From: a phage
Sequence record: PZ540767.1
Direction: 5' to 3' (one strand)
Length of the DNA stretch: 64,000 nt
Shown here: positions 1 to 7,336 of the stretch, one piece after another
How the letters are laid out: each line of letters begins with the position of its first letter
Numbering within the stretch: the stretch's first letter is position 1
Made by a program: the position numbers and the translations under genes
Notes under the pieces: model-generated
Told to the model about the DNA's origin: nothing
Seen by the model: the letters and a program-made list of their open reading frames with translations, nothing else
The model's database searches: none

Positions 1-5
1 ATTTA

Positions 6-239
6 TTACTTATCATCATCATCCAGTGATACACCAAGTGCAGCCAGCTGATTCTCCAGCTGCTTCTTGGTGCTGATGTATTCAGCTTTATCCTTCAGCT
101 CTACCATCTCACTGAAGCGCTTGGCTTTGTTATCCGCTACTTCAGCCAGACGTTTACCAGCTGATGCAAGCAGACCAGCAGTATCAATGGTATCAGTGAT
201 AGTCTTGGTTGCTGAGTCATACACTGCGCGAATACCCAT
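6..239 (-). CDS. hypothetical protein (77 aa), helical, acidic C-terminus
   Basis: Complete ORF; ATG at 239 preceded by AGAGGAA RBS-like motif; no recognisable family. Confidence 0.45.
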   Translation of the reverse strand: MGIRAVYDSATKTITDTIDTAGLLASAGKRLAEVADNKAKRFSEMVELKDKAEYISTKKQLENQLAALGVSLDDDDK

Positions 240-456
240 GGTTTAATTCCTCTTAGCTAAGTTATGAATGCATCATTGCATCCAATCAATGAGCGTGCTC
301 AGAGATGTGTAAGAAGAATGGTAATGGACATGAGTAAGAATTCTTTTTTATCGTTCAGCTCCGGGGGTAGATTCCCCTCTGTGTATCAGCCAGGTAGTAA
401 GTACTACCTCCATACCCAAATGAGCGAAAATTCCATATAGCGAGAAAATGTATCAA

Positions 457-639
457 TTATAGGTGAAATAGCACTTTTACTACTGCACCTACTAGTACTC
501 CCACTATCACTACGCCTATAACATCCCCTATAAAGCTGGGTAAAAGGTAGCTAAAACTATAGGACTTAAGGCAGTTAAACCAATAGAAACCTAGTAGCAA
601 AGATGTAGCAACTATGTAGATAATTATAAAGATTGTCAT
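457..639 (-). CDS. small hydrophobic membrane protein (about 60 aa)
   Basis: ORF track 457..669 begins at a non-ATG codon; first ATG is at 639; product almost entirely hydrophobic. Confidence 0.3.
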   Translation of the reverse strand: MTIFIIIYIVATSLLLGFYWFNCLKSYSFSYLLPSFIGDVIGVVIVGVLVGAVVKVLFHL

Positions 640-702
640 TTTCTGTACCCAAATTAGAAAAATTACCACAACCTGTAAGTTGAAACCGAATGCACCTATA
701 TC

Positions 703-731
703 TTGCTTATGTTTTAACTCTCATATATAAA
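703..731 (+). promoter_or_regulatory. candidate sigma70-like promoter upstream of 763..1023
   Basis: TTGCTT at 703..708, then TATATA/TATAAA about 15-17 nt downstream in an AT-rich stretch; by-eye only. Confidence 0.25.
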
Positions 732-762
732 ATATATAAATTTCACTATAGGCGGGTAGGTC

Positions 763-1023
763 ATGTTTACATTCACGAAAGCATTGGAAGAACTTAAAGC
801 AGGTAACAAGGTAGCTCGTAAAGGCTGGAATGGCGCTAATCAGTTTATCTGGTATGTACCTCCTGGTTTATACCCTGCACGTATGGAAGCCATCAAAGGA
901 TACTTTGCTGAAGATAAAGTTCCCTATGCTGGTTACATTGCACTTAAGAATGCTCAAGATCAGGTAGTACCTTGGCTACCATCACAGGGTGACTTACTGG
1001 CAGAAGACTGGGTTAAAGTTTAA
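763..1023 (+). CDS. DUF2829-family small protein, Tad2-like candidate anti-Thoeris signal sponge
   Basis: 86 aa; N-terminal ALEELKAGNKVARKGWNG signature resembles DUF2829 as recalled; followed by hairpin 1036..1054. Confidence 0.6.
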   Translation: MFTFTKALEELKAGNKVARKGWNGANQFIWYVPPGLYPARMEAIKGYFAEDKVPYAGYIALKNAQDQVVPWLPSQGDLLAEDWVKV

Positions 1024-1035
1024 AAGTAAAGACAA

Positions 1036-1054
1036 GAGGGGCTTAATGCCCCTC
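1036..1054. terminator. GC-rich hairpin between convergent ORFs
   Basis: GAGGGGC-TTAAT-GCCCCTC inverted repeat; sits right after the stop of 763..1023 and spans the stop of minus ORF 1053..1229; no clear T-tract. Confidence 0.4.
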
Positions 1055-1229
1055 AGTCAATTGGGAAGTACTTGTTGAAGAAAGGTACATACTTATCCCT
1101 GCACCACTCTGCCACTCTCTGTAACCAGTCACCAAACCACTCCAGTGCATTGCCTATCGCAAACAGTACCCAACAGCAGAAGACAAAGGGAAAGCAGAGA
1201 TAGCGTACTGTCCAGTTAAAATATTTCAT
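1053..1229 (-). CDS. small Cys/Trp-rich hydrophobic protein (58 aa), absent from ORF track
   Basis: Hand-translated minus ORF MKYFNWTVRYLCFPFVFCCWVLFAIGNALEWFGDW...; ATG at 1229, TGA at 1053..1055. Confidence 0.3.
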   Translation of the reverse strand: MKYFNWTVRYLCFPFVFCCWVLFAIGNALEWFGDWLQRVAEWCRDKYVPFFNKYFPID

Positions 1230-1285
1230 GATGTTTACCTAAAGTGACCTATAGCTTAAACTCCAGCTATCAACTGGAGGTGTTT

Positions 1286-1981
1286 ATGTCAAAGATTACG
1301 CTAGAAGAATTTAAGAATGCTTTGCCGAGTAACCTGGGTAAGAAAGCCAGTACCAAACTGGTAGATAAGATTAATGATATCTTAACTAATGACCCTGGTT
1401 TTGCAGAGCAGTATGCAAACAATCTATTTCAGTACACTAATGTACTGTCCAATGGTAAGTACAGACTCAGTAACTATGTAGAAGCTGTGCAGTTTGTAAG
1501 TTATCTGTCTATGGGTATGTCAAACCAGGATGCCTGGATTAAGACTTTCCCTGATCGCTATAAATATTATCTGAGTAAAGGACTGTCTTCGAAGGAGGTC
1601 AGTGCTTATGTCAGTATGTATTCTAACTCTAAACTGGTATCCAGCCTTAAAGAGGTAGCGTATATTCCTGTTCATATTATGTACAGGCATGTATTCCATG
1701 ATGCTGTGATGCATCAGGCATTGCTCATGAAGACTGCCACCAGCGAGAAGGTACAGAGTGATGCAGCAACTGCATTGATGAACTACCTGCGGCCTCCTGA
1801 AGCTAAGAAGGTGGAGCTGGATGTTTCTGTGAAACAGGATACCACCTTAACCGAGCTGAGACAGGTTATGGAAGGTTTGAGCCGTGAACAGCAACAAGTC
1901 ATTGCCAGTGGCATGAGAACAGCCAAGGAGATTGCTGAGGGCCGTATTATCGAAGGTGAGGTAATAGGCGATGACGATTAA
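1286..1981 (+). CDS. hypothetical protein; candidate terminase small subunit by position
   Basis: ATG at 1286 with GGAGG RBS 5 nt upstream (ORF track begins at 1244); immediately upstream of terminase large subunit. Confidence 0.5.
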   Translation: MSKITLEEFKNALPSNLGKKASTKLVDKINDILTNDPGFAEQYANNLFQYTNVLSNGKYRLSNYVEAVQFVSYLSMGMSNQDAWIKTFPDRYKYYLSKGLSSKEVSAYVSMYSNSKLVSSLKEVAYIPVHIMYRHVFHDAVMHQALLMKTATSEKVQSDAATALMNYLRPPEAKKVELDVSVKQDTTLTELRQVMEGLSREQQQVIASGMRTAKEIAEGRIIEGEVIGDDD

Positions 1982-2082
1982 CCAATGGTATGCCTGGTTA
2001 TTTCTAACATACCTTATGTGCTGGATAGCAGTGATTATATTGCCACGTAAGAAGCGCCCAGCACTGGGAGAGGAGAAAGGTT

Positions 2083-3687
2083 ATGAGTAATATTTTTGAC
2101 GTTGAACAGCCAAAGAAAACGGTAATAGATTGGCTAAACGGGGTGTCTTATGCAGAAGATCCTACGTATAAGCCGAGTCTGTTTGCTTTGCAGTTCGTTA
2201 ACTTTATCAAGCTGGTCAATGGTGGTCAGGGCGAGGAGCATAAGACTCCGGTGCTTCACTACAAAATGCTGGACACTGTTGTATCGGGTGATCGGCGTAT
2301 TGCTAATATGGTACACCGTGGTGCTGCTAAAACTACTGTGATGGCTGAATACCTATTCTTGTACTTAGGTGTGTTTGGTAGTCTGCCTGAGTTCGGACGT
2401 ATTGAACTGGCCCTGTATGTTTCTGACTCCGTGGATAACGGTGTGAAGAACATGCGTAAGAACTTAGAATTCCGTTGGGAAAACTCAGAATTCCTGAAGC
2501 GAATGATCCCTAAAGCCAAGTTTACGGATATTCGTTGGGAGTTTACCAACCTGGAAGGTCAAACCACAGTAATCAAAGGCTATGGTGCTAAGACGGGTGT
2601 TCGTGGTACGAAAGAGATGGGTAAACGTCCTAAGCTGGCGATCCTTGATGACCTGGTATCGGATGAGGATGCACGTTCACCTACCATCATTGCTGCTATC
2701 GAAGATACGGTATACAAGGCAGTAGAGTACGCATTGCACCCATCCAATAACATGATGATCTGGTCTGGTACTCCCTTTAACGCAGGTGACCCCCTGTATA
2801 AAGCAGTAGAGTCTGGAGCATGGACTGTCAACGTCTACCCAGTGTGTGAGATGTTCCCCTGTGAAGAATCAGAGTTCAGGGGCAGCTGGCCTGATCGTTT
2901 TGATTATCGTTATGTCAAACAGCAGTATGAGAAAGCATTACTGGGTGGCAAGATTGCCATGTTTAACCAGGAACTGATGCTTAAGATCATGTCTGATGAA
3001 GATCGCCTGATCGCTGATGGGGATATTCGTTACTACTCTCGTGCTGCCCTGTTGAAGAACAAGAGCAACTACAACTTCTACATCACCACTGACTTTGCCA
3101 CCAGTGACAAGCAGTCTGCTGACTTCTCTGTCATCTCTGTGTGGGCACTGAACAATAATGGTGACTGGTTCTACGTGGACGGTATCTGTGAACGCCAGCA
3201 CATGGGGCAAAATATCAGAGACTTGTTCCGTCTGGTTTCTCAGTACAACCCGCAGGAAGTTGGTATTGAAGTTACTGGTCAGCAATCTGGTTTCATTCCA
3301 TGGATTATTGAACAGCAGATCGATAAGAACGTATTCTTTAATCTGGCTTCCAGTAACAACTCAAGCCAGCCTGGTATTCGTCCTACCACTGATAAGTTAC
3401 AACGCTTTAACGTAGTGGTGCCCTGGTTTAAAGCTGGGAAGATGTATTTCCCTTCAGAGCTGAGAACCAGTAAAGCAATGATCGAGATGATGGAAGAACT
3501 TCGCCTTGCTTCATTGGGTGGTTTCAAATCCAAACACGATGATGCCATCGATACCATTTCTCAGCTGGCACTGTTGAAAACCTTTAAGCCAGGAACAGCT
3601 GCACCTGTATACTACAACGAAGAGAAAGACGTGTGGTACGAGCCAGACGTTGAAGTAGATACTCGACTCAGTAGCTATCTGGTTTAA
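2083..3687 (+). CDS. terL: terminase large subunit
   Basis: 534 aa; P-loop-like HRGAAKTT and ILDDLVSDEDA ATPase motifs in N-terminal half, acidic nuclease-type residues in C-terminal half; GGAGAAAGG RBS. Confidence 0.85.
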   Translation: MSNIFDVEQPKKTVIDWLNGVSYAEDPTYKPSLFALQFVNFIKLVNGGQGEEHKTPVLHYKMLDTVVSGDRRIANMVHRGAAKTTVMAEYLFLYLGVFGSLPEFGRIELALYVSDSVDNGVKNMRKNLEFRWENSEFLKRMIPKAKFTDIRWEFTNLEGQTTVIKGYGAKTGVRGTKEMGKRPKLAILDDLVSDEDARSPTIIAAIEDTVYKAVEYALHPSNNMMIWSGTPFNAGDPLYKAVESGAWTVNVYPVCEMFPCEESEFRGSWPDRFDYRYVKQQYEKALLGGKIAMFNQELMLKIMSDEDRLIADGDIRYYSRAALLKNKSNYNFYITTDFATSDKQSADFSVISVWALNNNGDWFYVDGICERQHMGQNIRDLFRLVSQYNPQEVGIEVTGQQSGFIPWIIEQQIDKNVFFNLASSNNSSQPGIRPTTDKLQRFNVVVPWFKAGKMYFPSELRTSKAMIEMMEELRLASLGGFKSKHDDAIDTISQLALLKTFKPGTAAPVYYNEEKDVWYEPDVEVDTRLSSYLV

Positions 3688-3696
3688 GGATCCTGT

Positions 3697-4578
3697 ATGA
3701 AACTGAAATTATCAGATGTGTTAGAGAACCTGGCAGCGGGTGAGTTATCTCACCTCTCCTTGTTTGAGAATGGGGCGGATATCCCATTTGAAACTTTTAA
3801 TAAACGACTGTTGCCCATTATCAATGCTGGTTTAACTGATATCCATATGCGTTTCTTTGTGAAACAGAAAGAGGTATGGCTCAAGCATTGTTGTGGTGAT
3901 ACTAAACTGGTACTGGATAGAAAGAATGCAGCAAGTGCTCACAGACTTCGTGGCAATGCTTTTATTCAGGATTGTGATGATCCCTTTAAGGATGATGTGG
4001 TAGAGATCCTCTCTATCTATAACCGGGATGGGCAACAATACCCGCTGAACATGGACACAGACCACACCCAGCCGAGAGGCTGTGGGTGTGGGCGTGGACA
4101 TGGATGCAACTGTACACCACCAAACTCATGGGCACGATATGACAGCACATTGGACTACCCGGCAACCATCACCACCAGAACCCCCTATGGCAGCTATGGT
4201 AGTTGTGGGCCTGGCTTGCCTGTGCTGTATACTCCTGCTGTTAATGTGATCAGACTGCCGGAGAATATGCCTTCTGGTTTCATGAAGGTATTCTATAAAG
4301 CTGCACCTGCTCGTATTCCTAAGCTGGAGGATAACGGGGTAACTACCTATGATCGTATCGATCTGGATTTACCCTTTACTTATCTGGATGCACTGGTTTA
4401 CTACATCTCATCCCGTCTGACTGCACCTACCAATGGTGGGCTGCAAGCAGGGACTAATGAGACAACCCAGTACTACAATAAGTATCTGTCTGCTTGTGCA
4501 GTGCTTACTGATCAAGGGGTGGATGTTTCTACTCAGGGATCTGGTTACAGCAGGTTTGCTAAGTCAGACTTCAGATAA
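3697..4578 (+). CDS. hypothetical protein with Cys/Gly/His-rich motif
   Basis: 293 aa; AAGGA RBS; contains HTQPRGCGCGRGHGCNC; followed by terminator. Confidence 0.6.
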   Translation: MKLKLSDVLENLAAGELSHLSLFENGADIPFETFNKRLLPIINAGLTDIHMRFFVKQKEVWLKHCCGDTKLVLDRKNAASAHRLRGNAFIQDCDDPFKDDVVEILSIYNRDGQQYPLNMDTDHTQPRGCGCGRGHGCNCTPPNSWARYDSTLDYPATITTRTPYGSYGSCGPGLPVLYTPAVNVIRLPENMPSGFMKVFYKAAPARIPKLEDNGVTTYDRIDLDLPFTYLDALVYYISSRLTAPTNGGLQAGTNETTQYYNKYLSACAVLTDQGVDVSTQGSGYSRFAKSDFR

Positions 4579-4583
4579 AAATA

Positions 4584-4610
4584 AAGCCCCTTAACCGGGG
4601 CTTTTCTTTA
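4584..4610. terminator. rho-independent terminator, likely bidirectional
   Basis: AGCCCC-TTAACC-GGGGCT hairpin followed by TTTCTTT on plus and preceded by A-run; lies between convergent genes 3697..4578 and 4608..5027. Confidence 0.7.
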
Positions 4611-5027
4611 GTACACCATATCAGGAGTATATTCCAGGAACCGTGTGACAATGGTTCGTTTAGTGTACGTCTTGCCCTTCATATTAGCCAAAGCCTCCTG
4701 CAAAGCCTGGCTTTCTAACTCGGACACTTTAATGTAGTTGGGGGTTTCCTTTTCCCGAGGGAACTCATGTTCCACCTTGTGCCCACTAATTACACCATTA
4801 GCTTCTACATAAAGTGAGACAGCGATGCACCCATTACCTTTCTTAAGTGCTTCAATAACAAGAGCACTAGGGTTACGTTTGGTAAAAGGATCTGCAAACT
4901 CATGGGCTAAGAATTGATCAGCTTTTTGCAGCATGTGGTGCATATCAGCAGATTCAGCCATCACTGCTTGGGCAGCATTGAGAATTCGTTCACGAACAGG
5001 CCCATCATTCATTTCTGTAATTTTCAT
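4608..5027 (-). CDS. hypothetical protein (139 aa)
   Basis: ATG at 5027 overlaps the stop of the upstream gene (ATGA); last gene of a three-gene minus-strand operon. Confidence 0.55.
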   Translation of the reverse strand: MKITEMNDGPVRERILNAAQAVMAESADMHHMLQKADQFLAHEFADPFTKRNPSALVIEALKKGNGCIAVSLYVEANGVISGHKVEHEFPREKETPNYIKVSELESQALQEALANMKGKTYTKRTIVTRFLEYTPDMVY

Positions 5028-5335
5028 TTCTGGTTTTCCTCGAACATTTTCTGCTTCAGGAGATAACCTTCTTTCTCCCAGATCTTTTCGAAGGCATTAT
5101 CATAGGCTTCCTTCCGCCCGATAGCTTCATTGTAACGGGAAGGATCCACACAGGCAGAAGTGCCTTCAACCTTGAAACCATTTTCCATGATGATGATACA
5201 GATGGTTACCAGGTTGAGTTCTGCGAGATCACGATCAGTGTATCCACCATTGCTGTTTTTAATGGCCTCACCAGCATTGATGAAGTACACACCACGGATC
5301 TTGGCTTCGATACTGGATTTACTTACGGTAGTCAT
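5024..5335 (-). CDS. hypothetical protein (103 aa)
   Basis: ATGA overlaps with both neighbours; no recognisable motif. Confidence 0.55.
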   Translation of the reverse strand: MTTVSKSSIEAKIRGVYFINAGEAIKNSNGGYTDRDLAELNLVTICIIIMENGFKVEGTSACVDPSRYNEAIGRKEAYDNAFEKIWEKEGYLLKQKMFEENQK

Positions 5336-5580
5336 ATGGATTCCTTTAAATAAATTTCGGGAAGATACTCTACAAAATATCCTAACTTTTGTTTAGTTGA
5401 GGTATCTGTACCTTTTACTAATCTTTCTACTTCAGTCCTTAGATGAGATTCAATCGCCCAAACATCAAGGTCTTCTAAAGAAACACCTTCAGGTGGTCTG
5501 TGAAGAATACTATCTACAGTGATGTAGCCATTGTGAGCAAACACCTTAATGACACTGAAGCCTTGTTTATCTGTATGCAT
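5332..5580 (-). CDS. hypothetical protein (82 aa)
   Basis: ATG at 5580 preceded by GGAGTAAACCA RBS; first gene of the three-gene operon. Confidence 0.5.
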   Translation of the reverse strand: MHTDKQGFSVIKVFAHNGYITVDSILHRPPEGVSLEDLDVWAIESHLRTEVERLVKGTDTSTKQKLGYFVEYLPEIYLKESI

Positions 5581-5596
5581 TGGTTTACTCCAGCTA

Positions 5597-5621
5597 AAGA
5601 AAAGCCCCTCCGAAGAGGGGC
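5597..5621 (-). terminator. rho-independent terminator downstream of tRNA cluster
   Basis: GCCCCTC-CGAA-GAGGGGC hairpin; A-run on plus strand gives a T-tract after the hairpin on the minus strand. Confidence 0.55.
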
Positions 5622-5798
5622 ATCCTAAGCATTTTACGTCTGCTAGACGAGGCAGGCGGTAATAACTAAGTATCTCTTACGAGTAAAGGTTGATAGCCAT
5701 ACTTAGTATTACTAATAACAGATTAGGTTACGGATCATAAACCTTGGTATGACAATTCCATAATCTGTTACACGGTCTTCCGGTAGCGAGTCGGAAGT

Positions 5799-5875
5799 TG
5801 GCTGGAGCATCTGGATTCGAACCAGAGAATGTCGGTATCAAAGACCGATGCCTTAACCTACTTGGCTATGCTCCA
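5799..5875 (-). tRNA. tRNA-Gln (anticodon TTG)
   Basis: Cloverleaf folded by eye on reverse complement: acceptor TGGAGCA/TGCTCCA, anticodon loop CTTTGAT, T-loop TTCGAAT, encoded CCA. Confidence 0.7.
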
Positions 5876-5878
5876 ATT

Positions 5879-5968
5879 TGGTGGAAGGTGAAGGATTCGA
5901 ACCTTCGGGCGCATCTCTGCACCTCCTGATTTCAAGTCAGGTACAATCGGCCTCTCTGACAACCTTCC
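5879..5968 (-). tRNA. tRNA-Ser (anticodon TGA), long variable arm
   Basis: Acceptor GGAAGGT/ACCTTCC, anticodon stem CCTGA/TCAGG with loop CTTGAAA, long variable arm, T-loop TTCGAAT, encoded CCA. Confidence 0.7.
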
Positions 5969-5974
5969 TAAATT

Positions 5975-6061
5975 TGGTGGGGGAAGATGGAGTTGAACCA
6001 CCCGAGCTTCTTAGGCAACAGATTTACAGTCTGTCCCGCTACCTCTACGGTCTATTCCCCC
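5975..6061 (-). tRNA. tRNA-Tyr (anticodon GTA), long variable arm
   Basis: Acceptor GGGGGAA/TTCCCCC, anticodon stem ACAGA/TCTGT with loop CTGTAAA, T-loop TTCAACT, encoded CCA. Confidence 0.6.
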
Positions 6062-6066
6062 GAATT

Positions 6067-6143
6067 TGGTCACCACGTAAGGATTCGAACCTTAGACACC
6101 TTGCTCCCAAAGCAAGTGCTCTACCAGACTGAGCTACGCAGTG
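6067..6143 (-). tRNA. tRNA-Pro (anticodon TGG)
   Basis: D-arm TAGCTCAGTCTGGTAGAGC, anticodon stem CTTGC/GCAAG with loop TTTGGGA, T-loop TTCGAAT, encoded CCA. Confidence 0.7.
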
Positions 6144-6209
6144 TAATTAGCCCTCTACTGTCGCCATCCAGTAATCCAGTTGGAATCGAACCAACACAGA
6201 GGGGTTATT

Positions 6210-6284
6210 TGGCGATGGGACTGGGACTCGAACCCAGCTGTCATAGATTAACAGTCTACCGCTTCACCGTTTAGCTATCCCATC
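6210..6284 (-). tRNA. tRNA-Asn (anticodon GTT)
   Basis: Acceptor GATGGGA/TCCCATC, anticodon loop CTGTTAA, T-arm CTGGG-TTCGAGT-CCCAG, encoded CCA. Confidence 0.6.
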
Positions 6285-6579
6285 TTATTAATTAAGACAC
6301 TCTGTTATCTGCCGATCCGTGTGGCAGTACGGAGTGATAACACATTGAGATTAGGGTATGAACCTGTTCAATGTTGAGTGCCCTAATTAATAAGCCCCTG
6401 TAAAGTAGGGGCTACTCCGAGTTCGATAACCTGGTTCTGGTTCCAGGGTACTCCAGCTTTTAGACCTTTGTACATAACAGGACACTGCCTGTGATCTGAA
6501 ATACCTTGTTGGGGTATGGCAACAGAATCAACATCGCAACACGCTTCTTCTGTTCTAAATACACTCGTGAATGTATTTA

Positions 6580-6605
6580 AAAAAGAAGCCCTAGCGAACT
6601 AGGGC
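6580..6605 (-). terminator. rho-independent terminator after 6660..7280
   Basis: GCCCTAG-CGAA-CTAGGGC hairpin with T-tract on the minus strand (AAAAAGAA on plus). Confidence 0.55.
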
Positions 6606-6659
6606 TAATGCAGGAATCCAATCCGAATCTTCGCTGGATTTAGTTATGCCATAGCTAAC

Positions 6660-7280
6660 TTAGTTAGACAAGTGCATTTGATTAATGATTTTAGCAACAG
6701 ACTGATATTTAGCCGCTTGCTCAGGATCATAGTCAGGAAACAGACTGGAAAAGTCAGGCTCCTTGAAGGTGATCATGTTCTTGAGGAACTTACCTTCTGG
6801 GTACTCCTTACCTTCAATGACAGTGGTTTTAGCTACTTTGATGTAAGCACGAGGGTATTCACCTTCAATGGTGAGTTCATCATCACCAAAGCCCATAGCC
6901 CAGTAGTAAGACAGGGCATCTTCCACTTCATCTTCATGACGAATGAACTTAGTCATATTAGATTCATGAACCAGGTCATAGATCTTATCAGCATCGAAGC
7001 CAGCAACATGAGCCAGACCATAAGCTACGGTAAGAATGTCACCAATAGCATCAGCCAGTTGGATCATGTTTACTGGACCAACATCAGCATTCGTTAGGCG
7101 TTTCTGCAAATGTACCTGTACCATCATGTCAGGATTACTGGCTTCAATGGCTTCAACTGATTCTTCAAGGCACAGCTTTGCCTGTTTTCTGATAGCATTG
7201 ACATTAGGATTGGAGAGATCGCCTTTAGGGTTACCAAAAGCAATATTAAGTTCAGCTACTTTTTCGGCATTGGACTTCAT
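6660..7280 (-). CDS. MazG-like nucleoside triphosphate pyrophosphohydrolase
   Basis: 206 aa; EESVEAIEA (EExxE) and IGDILTVAYGLA motifs resemble MazG-type all-alpha NTP-PPase; AAGAGG RBS. Confidence 0.55.
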   Translation of the reverse strand: MKSNAEKVAELNIAFGNPKGDLSNPNVNAIRKQAKLCLEESVEAIEASNPDMMVQVHLQKRLTNADVGPVNMIQLADAIGDILTVAYGLAHVAGFDADKIYDLVHESNMTKFIRHEDEVEDALSYYWAMGFGDDELTIEGEYPRAYIKVAKTTVIEGKEYPEGKFLKNMITFKEPDFSSLFPDYDPEQAAKYQSVAKIINQMHLSN

Positions 7281-7336
7281 TTGTATGGCCTCTTTCTGGT
7301 TTAATACAACAAATTATTTACTAAGGTTAGAACACT

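Noticed and set aside
2134-3557. Short ORFs on both strands inside the terminase large subunit gene
   Set aside because: They are embedded in a gene with clear ATPase motifs and have no independent start signals.
6150-6209. Possible sixth tRNA in the gap between tRNA-Pro and tRNA-Asn
   Set aside because: Only a T-arm-like element (ttggaatcgaaccaa) is present; no acceptor stem or anticodon arm can be completed without overlapping tRNA-Asn. Kept only as a possible remnant.
5878-6274. Plus-strand ORFs 5878..6132 and 5987..6274
   Set aside because: They overlap four tRNA genes on the opposite strand; tRNA cloverleaves explain the sequence better.
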